Position numbers and translations under genes: made by a program. Shown here piece after piece: positions 19,955 through 28,650 of a stretch of DNA of 64,000 nt (its first letter is position 1; each line of letters begins with the position of its first letter). The notes under the pieces are model-generated. The model searched no databases and was not told where the DNA came from. It was given only the letters and a program-made list of their open reading frames with translations. This stretch comes from Trueperaceae bacterium. Its GTDB lineage: Bacteria > Deinococcota > Deinococci > Deinococcales > Trueperaceae. The DNA is taken from NCBI GenBank assembly GCA_965213705.1, contig OZ243913.1, positions 1,376,001 to 1,440,000 on the forward strand. The letters run 5' to 3'.

Positions 19955-20764
19955 GTGCGGCACGTTTTGGGGAGTTACCGGCGTCTGTTGGGCGCGCAAC
20001 TGCGCAGCCAACTTCAATACCGCACCTCGTTCGCGCTCGACCTGCTGGCGACGATGCTCGTCACGTTGACCGAGTTCGGCGCGCTGGCGCTGGTGTTCGA
20101 ACGCTTCGGCGACATTCGGGGTTGGACGCTGGGCGAGGTGGCGTTTTTGTATGGCCTGGTCGAGTTGTCGTTCGGGCTCATGGACATGGTCTTTGCGGGC
20201 TTCGACCCTATGCGCTTCGGGCAAGAGGTGCGCAAGGGAACCTTCGACCGTTTGCTGCTGCGCCCCGTCCCCGTGACCTGGCAGGTGCTGGGTTCCGACG
20301 TGACGTTGCGGCGGCTCGGCCGGATAGCGCTGGGCGTCGGCATCTTCACGCTCGCGCTGAACCTGAACCCGGTGGCCTGGACCTTAACAAAACTGCTGTA
20401 TCTGCCGCTGGTCGTGCTCGGCATGGTGCTGTTTTTCGGCGGGCTCTTTATCATCGGCGCGACCGCGACCTTTTGGACGGTCGAGTCGTTTGAGGCCATG
20501 AACATCCTCACCTACGGCGGCAGCTACCTCATCTCTTACCCGATGAACATTTACCAGGACTGGCTCAGGCGCATCTTCACCTTCGTGGTGCCGGCCATCT
20601 TCCTAAACTACTACCCGGCCCTGTACTTTTTGGACAAACCCGACCCGCTCGGCTTTCCGGCTTTTGCGCCCTTTGTCGCGCCCGTGGCGGGGGGCATCGT
20701 TTTCGGCGTTGCACTTTTGTTCTGGCGGTTCGGCCTCAAGCACTACCACAGCACCGGGAGTTGA
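19955..20764 (+). CDS. ABC-2 type permease (DUF990/ABC2_membrane_6)
   Basis: QYRTSF, GWTLGEV, GTFDRLLLRP, YPMNIY, C-terminal YHSTGS. Confidence 0.9.
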   Translation: MRHVLGSYRRLLGAQLRSQLQYRTSFALDLLATMLVTLTEFGALALVFERFGDIRGWTLGEVAFLYGLVELSFGLMDMVFAGFDPMRFGQEVRKGTFDRLLLRPVPVTWQVLGSDVTLRRLGRIALGVGIFTLALNLNPVAWTLTKLLYLPLVVLGMVLFFGGLFIIGATATFWTVESFEAMNILTYGGSYLISYPMNIYQDWLRRIFTFVVPAIFLNYYPALYFLDKPDPLGFPAFAPFVAPVAGGIVFGVALLFWRFGLKHYHSTGS

Positions 20765-20766
20765 CG

Positions 20767-21756
20767 ATGATAGAGGTTCACAGCCTGAGCAAGCACTTTC
20801 ATTTGCGCGTCCGTCACGAAGGACGATTCGCCGCGCTGCGCGACTTTTTCAGCCGGGACACGCGCACGCTCAAGGCGGTCGACGAGGTGAGTTTTACTGT
20901 TGCCAAGGGCGAGGTCGTCGGATACCTGGGGCCGAACGGGGCGGGCAAGTCCACCACCCTCAAGATGTTGACCGGGTTGCTCGTGCCGACCGGCGGTCAC
21001 GTAACGGTCAACGGCTACGTTCCGTGGGCGTCGCGGCGCAGCTACGTGGCGCACATCGGCGCGGTGTTCGGGCAGCGCACCACGCTGTGGTGGGACTTGC
21101 CGGTCATCGAATCCCTAGAATTGCTGAGGTACATCTACCGCGTGCCGGAAAAAACGTTCAAGGACAACTTGAAGGAGTTTGAAAAGGTGCTCGAGCTGCG
21201 CGAATTTTTACACGCGCCGGTGCGCACCCTGTCGCTCGGCCAGCGGATGCGCGCCGACCTCTGCGCCGCGCTGCTCCACAATCCCAAATTACTGTTTTTG
21301 GACGAGCCGACCATCGGGTTGGACGTCGTCGCCAAAGAGCGCATCCGGCAGTTTATAAAGCACGTCAACGCTCGCCGAGAAACTACCGTACTGCTCACCA
21401 CCCACGACCTCGCCGACGTGCAAAAGCTGTGTCCGCGGGTGCTGATTATCGACCACGGCAAGCTGCTCTACGACGGCTCTTTGAGCGAGTTGCAAACGCG
21501 CTTCGGGGGGCACTGGCACCTGGAAGTGGACTTCGGCGAGGTTTACGCCGACGTGTCGGTCGAGGGAGCGAAAGTAGTCCGCCACGCGGGTCTGCGCGCC
21601 GTCTACGCCTTCGACCGGCAACGTTTGAGCGCTTCGGACCTTATCGGTCGACTCTCGCAACGCTACAGCCTGCGCGACATCTCGGTGAACGCGCCGGACG
21701 CCGAGGCGACCATCCGGCGCATCTACGAGGAGAAATTGTTGGTGAACGGCGCGTAG
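20767..21756 (+). CDS. ABC transporter ATP-binding protein
   Basis: GPNGAGKST, FGQRTTLWWDLP, LSLGQRMRAD, LDEPTIGLD. Confidence 0.93.
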   Translation: MIEVHSLSKHFHLRVRHEGRFAALRDFFSRDTRTLKAVDEVSFTVAKGEVVGYLGPNGAGKSTTLKMLTGLLVPTGGHVTVNGYVPWASRRSYVAHIGAVFGQRTTLWWDLPVIESLELLRYIYRVPEKTFKDNLKEFEKVLELREFLHAPVRTLSLGQRMRADLCAALLHNPKLLFLDEPTIGLDVVAKERIRQFIKHVNARRETTVLLTTHDLADVQKLCPRVLIIDHGKLLYDGSLSELQTRFGGHWHLEVDFGEVYADVSVEGAKVVRHAGLRAVYAFDRQRLSASDLIGRLSQRYSLRDISVNAPDAEATIRRIYEEKLLVNGA

Positions 21757-21779
21757 GTTTTGCAGCTACCGCAACCCTC

Positions 21780-21832
21780 AAACCTGCACGGAGCGCGTTG
21801 TCTTAAACAGATTCAGACTGTGACGTGACAAA
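21780..21832 (+). repeat. 53-bp inverted repeat, left copy
   Basis: 46/53 identical to the reverse complement of 28332-28384. Confidence 0.85.
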
Positions 21833-22043
21833 ACTATTTCGGGATTGCTCAGGCTTTTCACAAGTTGCCCCCGAAGCCGACCCGTTTCAAACGGGCGTCG
21901 CTGAACTTTTTGTGAATCGGCACCAGTAGTTATCAAGATACCAGTGGTTCAAGGTGCCAGTGGTTCGTCAGTAGGTCGAGGCGAACGCCGGTCTGTGCCG
22001 TGGGGCGCTGCTCTTGCCGGCGGCGACGGGCTAGGCTTGCAGG

Positions 22044-22472
22044 GTGACGCTCCTGCTCAACGCGGCCGCCACCTTGTTCATGACCGGGCTTATCTGGTTC
22101 GTGCAGGTCGTGCACTACCCGCTTTTCGACGCTGTGGGGTCCGAAGCGTTCGTACGGTACGAGGCGCGGCACGCCGACCTCACGACGCTGGTCGTCGTCG
22201 CGCCGATGCTGCTCGAGCTTGTCACAGCCGGGCTGCTGGTGTGGCACCGCCCGTCCCTGCTGCCCGCTTGGGAAGCCTGGCTGGGCGCGGCCTTGGTCGG
22301 CCTTCTCTGGTTTTCGACGGCCTTTTTGCAGGTGCCGCGCCACGGCGACTTGGCCCAAGGCTTCGACGCGTCGGCGCACGCGGCGCTCGTTGCGACAAAC
22401 TGGCTACGGACCGCCGCCTGGACGTTGCGCTCGGGGTTGGTGCTCGTGTGGCTGGCTCGAGCCCTGGTTTGA
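22044..22472 (+). CDS. Hypothetical 4-TM membrane protein
   Basis: GLIWFVQVVHYPLF, QVPRH, NWLRT; TAGGCT-N6-GTG. Confidence 0.8.
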   Translation: MTLLLNAAATLFMTGLIWFVQVVHYPLFDAVGSEAFVRYEARHADLTTLVVVAPMLLELVTAGLLVWHRPSLLPAWEAWLGAALVGLLWFSTAFLQVPRHGDLAQGFDASAHAALVATNWLRTAAWTLRSGLVLVWLARALV

Positions 22473-22537
22473 TTTAGCTCGAGAGTTCGGTTCAGCGCTC
22501 AGGGCGGACGGCCTGGCTTGTTGACGGTGATTTCGGC

Positions 22538-23593
22538 TCAAGTCACAAAAAACTCATGGGGGGGCGAGGTTTGTCGCAACGCGGTCAGCGCGTCTTCGGT
22601 AAGAACTGTTCCGGCCTCCTGAAAGCCCAAAACGACCGCGCCGAAAACGGGCTCGAGCCGACCCCAGGACACGCTCAGTCCCGGTGCGTCGCGCTTCACG
22701 CGGGCGACGAGGGCGTCCGCTAAGAGCGGCGAAGGGTGTTTGAAAACCCCGCCGCTCAAGACGAGGCTGAAGGGCAGCGTTTCGATGCCGACTTGTCGGG
22801 CGGCGACGAGCGCGTAGTCGCCGAGCGCGCTTCCGTGTGCGGCGACGATGGTTTTGGCGGTCGCGTCACCTCGTGCGGCTTCGTTTAAGAGGACCCGCGT
22901 CAGCCGCGTCAGCTTGAGGGGGTCCGGCCGCGCTCGCCCCGTAAAAAAGTAGAGCGCGGATTCGACGGTAGGCTCCTCCAAGGCGTTCAGGGCGGCTTCG
23001 CTGAGCGAGGTCGGCGGGTCGACGCCCAGGTGCGCCCTGCACACGGCTCTCAACGTTTTCAGGGCGAGGTCGTAGCCGCCGCCCGGCTCCTGCCAAAAAC
23101 TGCTGTGCCACAGCTCGCCCTGTACCCCGCGGCTGCTGGTGGCGGTGCCCGTGCCACAGGTTACGCTCACCCCCGGCCCCGTCGGCAACCCGGCGTAAAG
23201 CGCCCCGACGGCGTCGTTGACGACCGTGCGGGGACCGAACTCCTTGACGCTCAAACGACGTTTCAGGTACGCGAAGTCGGCGGGCCAGTCCGCGCCCGAA
23301 AGACTGAACACCGTCCGGCTCAGACGCGCCTGCGGCAAACCCGCGGCCGCCAGCGCTTGCCGGACGGCGGCGCGTACCGCGGCGACGGCCGCCGGGCCCT
23401 CGTCGTAAATATCGCTGGGTCCCGCCCGTCCGGCACCCACCACGTGCCCCCGCGAACTCGCCACCAGCGCGACGGTCTTGCTGCTGCCGCCGTCCACACC
23501 CAGGACGAAGCGTTCGTCAGCCTGGTCTCGGCTGCGGTCTTGGCTGTGGTCTTGAGTGCGGTCTCGAGTGGGGTCTTGGTCGTGGGCGTTCAG
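22538..23593 (-). CDS. BadF/BadG/BcrA/BcrD-family sugar kinase (N-acetylglucosamine kinase-like), probable CTG start
   Basis: FVLGVDGGSSKT, SGAD, VNDA, CGTG, LSGGV; the N-terminal strand lies upstream of the first GTG; in-frame CTG overlaps the nagB stop. Confidence 0.85.
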   Translation of the reverse strand: MNAHDQDPTRDRTQDHSQDRSRDQADERFVLGVDGGSSKTVALVASSRGHVVGAGRAGPSDIYDEGPAAVAAVRAAVRQALAAAGLPQARLSRTVFSLSGADWPADFAYLKRRLSVKEFGPRTVVNDAVGALYAGLPTGPGVSVTCGTGTATSSRGVQGELWHSSFWQEPGGGYDLALKTLRAVCRAHLGVDPPTSLSEAALNALEEPTVESALYFFTGRARPDPLKLTRLTRVLLNEAARGDATAKTIVAAHGSALGDYALVAARQVGIETLPFSLVLSGGVFKHPSPLLADALVARVKRDAPGLSVSWGRLEPVFGAVVLGFQEAGTVLTEDALTALRQTSPPHEFFVT

Positions 23594-24360
23594 GGTTGGG
23601 GCTCCCAGGCGGCTCGGTCGACTAAAACGGTAACGTCGCTCGAGCGCTGCAGGTAAGACGCGGGCACCTCGGGGGTGACGGGTCCTTGTAAAACTTTGTG
23701 GAGAACGTCGTGTTTGTGCGCCCCCGAAACGAGCAGGAGGATTTTTTTCGCCGCCAACAAAACGTTCATGCCCGCCGTCAGGGCTTGTCGGGGCACCCGC
23801 TCCCGCCCGCCCCAGTAGAGCGCGTTGCTTTCCAAGCTCGCTTCGGTTAGGTCGACGACTCGCGTCACGTCGGTGTCCCGCGACGGGGGCTCGTTGAAGC
23901 CTATGTGCCCGTTGGGTCCCAACCCCAAAATCGCCAGGTCGAAGCCGCCTGCGCGCAGGACGGCTTCGTCGTAGGCGTGGCAGGCGGCTTGGAGGTCGCG
24001 GGCGTCGCCCGGCAACCTGACGATTTGGCTAGGGTCCAAGCCAAGGGGTTCGGCGAACGAGCTGCGGGTCCAGCGGTAAAGCGACCTGGGGTCGTCGGGG
24101 GACAGGCCCACATAAGCGTCCAGCTGAAACACCCGGAGCCGACCCGGGTCGAACGCGCCCGCCCTGCGCGCGGCGGCGAGTTCCCGGTAGAGCCCCTGCG
24201 GCGTGTTGCCCGACGCCACGACGACCGCGGCGTCGGGTTGCGTCCTGAAAATTTCAGCGACTGTTTCGGCACCCGCTCGGCTGAGCGCGCCGTAGTCTTT
24301 TTCGACCTGTATCTCGGCGCGCAAGTTCAGGTGGGGTGTGGGGTCGGTGTGACCTTGCAC
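23590..24360 (-). CDS. nagB: Glucosamine-6-phosphate deaminase
   Basis: ASGNTP, QLDAYVGL, GGFDLAILGLGPNGHIGFNEP, PASYLQ. Confidence 0.9.
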   Translation of the reverse strand: MQGHTDPTPHLNLRAEIQVEKDYGALSRAGAETVAEIFRTQPDAAVVVASGNTPQGLYRELAAARRAGAFDPGRLRVFQLDAYVGLSPDDPRSLYRWTRSSFAEPLGLDPSQIVRLPGDARDLQAACHAYDEAVLRAGGFDLAILGLGPNGHIGFNEPPSRDTDVTRVVDLTEASLESNALYWGGRERVPRQALTAGMNVLLAAKKILLLVSGAHKHDVLHKVLQGPVTPEVPASYLQRSSDVTVLVDRAAWEPQP

Positions 24361-24362
24361 GG

Positions 24363-25286
24363 CTAGCGGCAGCGGCTTTCTAAGTAAGCGGTCATGGCGG
24401 CCTCGACAGGTGTGAGCGCTTTGTAGTCCTTGACGTCTTGGGGCGCGGCGCGAACGACGTTTAAGATGCGCCGGCTGCGTTCACTGTTTTGCGACTCCTC
24501 TTCCAAGCTGCTGTTGTAGGTGTGAATCCCGAAGAGGACGTCGCCGGAACGAGGCAAGCGCGTGAAAGTCTGCCGTTCGACGCGGATAAAAATCTCTTGG
24601 CCCGCCGCTTCGGGGGTCAGCGTGGGGGCGCGCGCCGCAAAGTCGGCCTTGTACGCCGCTTTGTGCCGGGTGGTCAGGTCGAGCTGGTCGGTCAACTTGA
24701 AGTTCCAACTCAGACGCCACAACGTCTTGCCGACTTTCATGCTGTGGAGCAGCCGCCGGCCTGCGTGGACGGACGGCATGGTCACCTGGGGGGTGCGGGT
24801 GTGAATCGTCATAAACGGTTTGCCCAGGCGGTCGGGAATGGCCCAACCGTTGGCAAAGCAGAGCTGGCCGCCGTAAAACTCGGCGTCGCCCCGCCCCCTG
24901 ACCAGCACCAAGTCCTCCTGCACGTGTCGCCCCGCAAAGTCGAGGGGCTCGAGCGCCAGGCTGTCTTCGTCCCCGAAAGTAAACGCCGTCTCTTCACCCA
25001 ACAAACGGTTCGTAAAGTGCCAAGCGTCGCTTTCGCGCACCAGGTCGAAGTGCGGGTAGTGGGCCGCCAAACCGGTAAGGACGAGTTCCAGCACGTCCCA
25101 CTGCGCCGTCAGGGTGGCGTCGCCGCCCGCAAAGTAGTATTCGGGGTCGGACGCCAGCAACCGCCGTTTGAGCGAAACCTCGGTTTTATACGCCTCGTCC
25201 ACGTCACAAAGCGCCTCGCTCGCGCCCAAGGCGCGCCCGTCCATGCCTGCGTCGAAGGTTTCGCCGAAAGGAAAAAAGCGCAACAT
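24363..25286 (-). CDS. DUF3445 / heme-dependent oxidative N-demethylase alpha-subunit-like protein
   Basis: VQEDLVL, LCFANGW, IHxxxP, RxxW, RVERQTFTRLP, FGIHTY motifs. Confidence 0.85.
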   Translation of the reverse strand: MLRFFPFGETFDAGMDGRALGASEALCDVDEAYKTEVSLKRRLLASDPEYYFAGGDATLTAQWDVLELVLTGLAAHYPHFDLVRESDAWHFTNRLLGEETAFTFGDEDSLALEPLDFAGRHVQEDLVLVRGRGDAEFYGGQLCFANGWAIPDRLGKPFMTIHTRTPQVTMPSVHAGRRLLHSMKVGKTLWRLSWNFKLTDQLDLTTRHKAAYKADFAARAPTLTPEAAGQEIFIRVERQTFTRLPRSGDVLFGIHTYNSSLEEESQNSERSRRILNVVRAAPQDVKDYKALTPVEAAMTAYLESRCR

Positions 25287-26585
25287 CTAGTAGAGAAGAC
25301 GCGCCGGGAGGTGGTCTTTGAGCGCCGCCGACATCTCGTCGTACAGGGTTTCGGCCTTGCTCAGCGACAAGACGAGCGGGTTCGCGGCCAGAGCGCGCAC
25401 GGCGTCTTTACGCGCGCCGCCCCAGGCCGCCTCCGCGGTGAGCGCCTGGTACTCGCCCAACATTCGGGTGAGGCCCGCGACGTGTTTGGGTAGGTGACCG
25501 TAGGCGATGGGCGTAACGCCGTTGCGGCCTACCAACCCCGGCACTTCTACGACCCTGTCGTCGGGAAAGTCGGGGACGGCGCCCCGGTTGGGCACGTTCA
25601 CCGGCCAGACCTCTTTGCGGTCGTTGAAAACCGCGTCCATCACGTCGACGGCAAGCTCTAGTTCCGTGATGCCGCCGCGTGACAGGGCCGGGTCGAGCCG
25701 CGGGTTGTCCGTTTCGGCCTGTTCACGGTAGTGCCGCCAGTAGCCCGCCACTTGCGCCATGATGTCCTGCGCCCGGGTGGTGGGTTGGCTGCGCAGCTCC
25801 GCGACGATTTCGTCACGGTAGTAGTAGTAAAGAAAGTACTGCGCGGGCACGCTCTCCATTTTGGCGGTGAGTTCCAACAGGCGTTTGCCCCGCGGGTCCA
25901 TGTCCGTGTCCTTTTTGCGCTCGTAAGCCTCTTTGACCAGCTCGACGAAATCTTCGGTCTCGCCGTAACGGTGCTGGACCGACCACGAAGCGTGGTTCAA
26001 GCCGACCATGACGGTGTCGACCTTGTCCGGGTCCAGGTCGGCAAAAAGGGCCGTCTCACGCGGGAAGGTTATGGGGCCTTCGCACAGCGACACCGTCGGG
26101 ATGTGGCTGTGGTGCGTCACCGCCTCGGCGACGATGTTGACGGGGTTGGTGTAGTTGAAAAGTCGCGCTCCGGGACAAACTTCCTCCATGTCTTCAACGA
26201 TACTTTTCATGGTGTGAACGGCGCGCAGCGCCATAAAAAAGCCGCCCGGCCCTTGCGTTTCTTGACCGAGAACGCCGTGTTTCAGGGGGACGCTCTCGTC
26301 TAAGTAACGCGCCTCGAAACCGCCGGGGCGGTAGCTCGACAAAACGGCCTGTACGTCTTGCAGGCCGTCACGCCGGTTCGTCGTGGCGGAGACTTCAAGC
26401 TCGAGCCCCCTGGCCTCGACCATCTTGTCGGCCAGTTTTTTGACCAGTGCCAAACGGTCTTCGTCCAGGTCGACGAGCACGATTTCCGACCCTGCGAAGT
26501 TTTCGCCCTGCTCGATGAGTGAAGCTACGGTGCCGGGCGCGCGCGTGCTGCCGCCGCCGATATAAGCGATTTTGATGCCTGCCAT
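25287..26585 (-). CDS. Glycoside hydrolase family 4 (NAD+/metal-dependent)
   Basis: IGGGSTR, GQETQGPGG, NYTNP, LCEGP, GLNH, VVEVP. Confidence 0.93.
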   Translation of the reverse strand: MAGIKIAYIGGGSTRAPGTVASLIEQGENFAGSEIVLVDLDEDRLALVKKLADKMVEARGLELEVSATTNRRDGLQDVQAVLSSYRPGGFEARYLDESVPLKHGVLGQETQGPGGFFMALRAVHTMKSIVEDMEEVCPGARLFNYTNPVNIVAEAVTHHSHIPTVSLCEGPITFPRETALFADLDPDKVDTVMVGLNHASWSVQHRYGETEDFVELVKEAYERKKDTDMDPRGKRLLELTAKMESVPAQYFLYYYYRDEIVAELRSQPTTRAQDIMAQVAGYWRHYREQAETDNPRLDPALSRGGITELELAVDVMDAVFNDRKEVWPVNVPNRGAVPDFPDDRVVEVPGLVGRNGVTPIAYGHLPKHVAGLTRMLGEYQALTAEAAWGGARKDAVRALAANPLVLSLSKAETLYDEMSAALKDHLPARLLY

Positions 26586-26734
26586 AGTCTCTCCGGCTTC
26601 TTAGAATGTAGGTGTTGAAGCGTATAGATGTTATAATGTCGCGTTCGTTTTTGCCGCAGGCTCAAACCACCCCGAGGGTTCGGGTTGGCGCGCTGCTCTG
26701 GACTAAGCGCTGCTCTGGATTGAAATGGGGGGTA

Positions 26735-26794
26735 AAACGACAGGTGTTGAAATAATAGGTATTGAAACAACAGGTGTCGAAACGACAGGTGGCC
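26735..26794. repeat. Degenerate 15-bp tandem repeat x4
   Basis: aaacgacaggtgttg / aaataataggtattg / aaacaacaggtgtcg / aaacgacaggtggcc. Confidence 0.75.
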
Positions 26795-26795
26795 C

Positions 26796-27626
26796 TCACC
26801 CCGACGCCGGCCCACCCCCGCCCGGCACGCTGCTCTGCCAAGCCGCCGAGGTGAGTTCGAACCGCTCACCGGGGTAGACGCACTCGCCGTATTCGATAAC
26901 TTCACCCGTGTCGAGAAAGGTCGTTTGGTAGGTGCGGAGGACGGCCGCCGGGCTGTTCAGCTCGAGCCACGCCCTTTCTTCGGCACTTGCCAACTCTGCC
27001 TTGATGACGGTGTGGCCCCTAGCCAAGGTGAGCCCGTACTCCCGGCGCAGGGTTTTGAACAGGGACGCATTTGAAAAGTCGCGCCGCAACAGGCCGGGGC
27101 AGAGGTGCTCGGGCAGGTAAGCCGTCTGCACCGACAGGGGCCGTCCCGACCAAAAACGGAGGCGTTTGAGCTTGACGACGGGCGAAAAGATTCGCAACTT
27201 GAGGTGCCGAGCTAAGTCTTCGGACGCCTCTAAGTGCTCGGCCTCGAGCACCCGCGAGACCACGCCGCCCCCGTCGCCGCGCCGCCCGAAGTCCTCATTG
27301 TCGGGGTCTTGAAGGCCCGTGTGCGAGCCCACGTCGAGCGTTCGCCGCACGCTCTCGCTGAAACCGGTAAAGGGCTCGAGCGTTTCTCGAGGTTTGGAAA
27401 CAAAGGTACCTTTTCCCGACACGGTATACAGCTTGCCCTCGTGGACGAGGTCGGTAAGGGTGCGCCGCGCGGTCGTGCGGCTTACGCTGTAGCGCTCGCA
27501 AAGCTCGCGCTCCGAAGGAATTTGTGTGTCGGTCGACCACCGCCCCGAACTGATGTTCTCGACGATGACGTGTCTGAGCTGTGCGTGCAGGGGCTCGCTG
27601 TCCGCCGCGGAAACGGTGTACGTCAT
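26796..27626 (-). CDS. GntR-family regulator, HutC subfamily (UTRA domain; NagR/DasR-like)
   Basis: PSERELCERYSVSRTTAR, GKGTFV, C-terminal UTRA-like domain. Confidence 0.92.
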   Translation of the reverse strand: MTYTVSAADSEPLHAQLRHVIVENISSGRWSTDTQIPSERELCERYSVSRTTARRTLTDLVHEGKLYTVSGKGTFVSKPRETLEPFTGFSESVRRTLDVGSHTGLQDPDNEDFGRRGDGGGVVSRVLEAEHLEASEDLARHLKLRIFSPVVKLKRLRFWSGRPLSVQTAYLPEHLCPGLLRRDFSNASLFKTLRREYGLTLARGHTVIKAELASAEERAWLELNSPAAVLRTYQTTFLDTGEVIEYGECVYPGERFELTSAAWQSSVPGGGGPASG

Positions 27627-27660
27627 GGCCGCCTTTCGGAGAAATCGTCAAGCCTGTACC

Positions 27661-27678
27661 GACCGGTCATGACCAGTC
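27661..27678. promoter_or_regulatory. Putative GntR/HutC operator (dre-like)
   Basis: GACCGGTCATGACCAGTC near-perfect palindrome between promoter and gntR start. Confidence 0.65.
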
Positions 27679-27694
27679 GCGCACGGGTAGGTGG

Positions 27695-27723
27695 ATACTA
27701 CAGGCTGGGCCGAGGTTTTGCAA
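27695..27723 (-). promoter_or_regulatory. Sigma70-type promoter of gntR
   Basis: Minus strand TTGCAA-N17-TAGTAT. Confidence 0.6.
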
Positions 27724-27823
27724 GCCTGCGGTCTCTCGAAGTGGCGAGGGCCACGCCGTGCCGAGTCCTTCACAAAGCTCTAAAGGCGTAGTGCCGATGT
27801 GAGGTTGCCCGAACCGCGCCCGC

Positions 27824-28174
27824 TTACACGCTTTGACGGCCGGGACCGCCCAACATTTTTTCGACCGCCTCGAGCCTGACCTGTTCGTGGGTCAGCTCGC
27901 CCGTCACCTCGCCCTTGTCGATGACCAACAGCTGCGGTGAAGCGTGCTCTGTGCTGAAACGTTCGGCGACCGCGTCTGAAACGTCTCGGGCGTACTGCAC
28001 CGCCAGGGCGTAGCGGGGTGCGCCGCCGACCTGGACGAACTGCTCTTGCGCGCGGGCGCTGATAGGACAGGTGAGGGAGTGTTTGAACAGCAACACCGGG
28101 CCGTCCTGCGAAGCTTCGGTGAGGGAGGTCAAGTCGTCGACGGATTTCAGGATGTGGATAGGTGTTTGGCTCAT
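27824..28174 (-). CDS. ytxJ: Bacillithiol-system redox protein YtxJ/BrxC (DUF2847)
   Basis: LFKHSLTCPIS and HASPQ motifs; TAAGCT-N6-ATG. Confidence 0.85.
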   Translation of the reverse strand: MSQTPIHILKSVDDLTSLTEASQDGPVLLFKHSLTCPISARAQEQFVQVGGAPRYALAVQYARDVSDAVAERFSTEHASPQLLVIDKGEVTGELTHEQVRLEAVEKMLGGPGRQSV

Positions 28175-28331
28175 TTCTTCAGCTTAAAGCCCGCCGCGCT
28201 CTTTGGGTGTCGCGCCCCCTTGTGCGTTTCCGCGAGTCGTTGAGACTTCGGTGACTCGGGCGAGCGGACGCAAGAAGTCAACCCGCTCAGTCGCCTCAAC
28301 ACCGGGTGGAAACGCTGCCGTATCAAATTAA

Positions 28332-28384
28332 TTTGTCACGTCACAGTCGGAGTCTGTTTGAAACAGCGCGCCCCGCGCAGGTTT
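28332..28384 (-). repeat. 53-bp inverted repeat, right copy
   Basis: Reverse complement 46/53 identical to 21780-21832. Confidence 0.85.
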
Positions 28385-28409
28385 ACCGACGTCATGACGT
28401 CGGTAAACC
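28380..28409. repeat. Perfect 30-bp palindrome
   Basis: GGTTTACCGACGTCA|TGACGTCGGTAAACC, no loop. Confidence 0.9.
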
Positions 28410-28650
28410 ACTCCGGTCTGGTACCCTGTCCAGCGAGAAGAAACTGTTGCGGACTGAAGACAAGGAGCCTAAAAACCTTTAAGTTTGATAAGTGTACGAC
28501 CAGAATCCGTATAAAGTTTCGTTCGCCCTTCAACCTCGAGCGGTTTACTTTTGGACGGCAACTGACCCGCAAACGACGGAACTTGTACACAGCTGTGTAC
28601 GGGCTGCGCGGCACGACGGTCTACCGAGTGAGGCTGGTACGCTCAGGTTG

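Noticed and set aside
27824..28174. ytxJ as a functional part of the amino-sugar operon (bacillithiol contains glucosamine)
   Set aside because: It has its own leaderless start and a separate promoter lies before gntR; the link rests on proximity only
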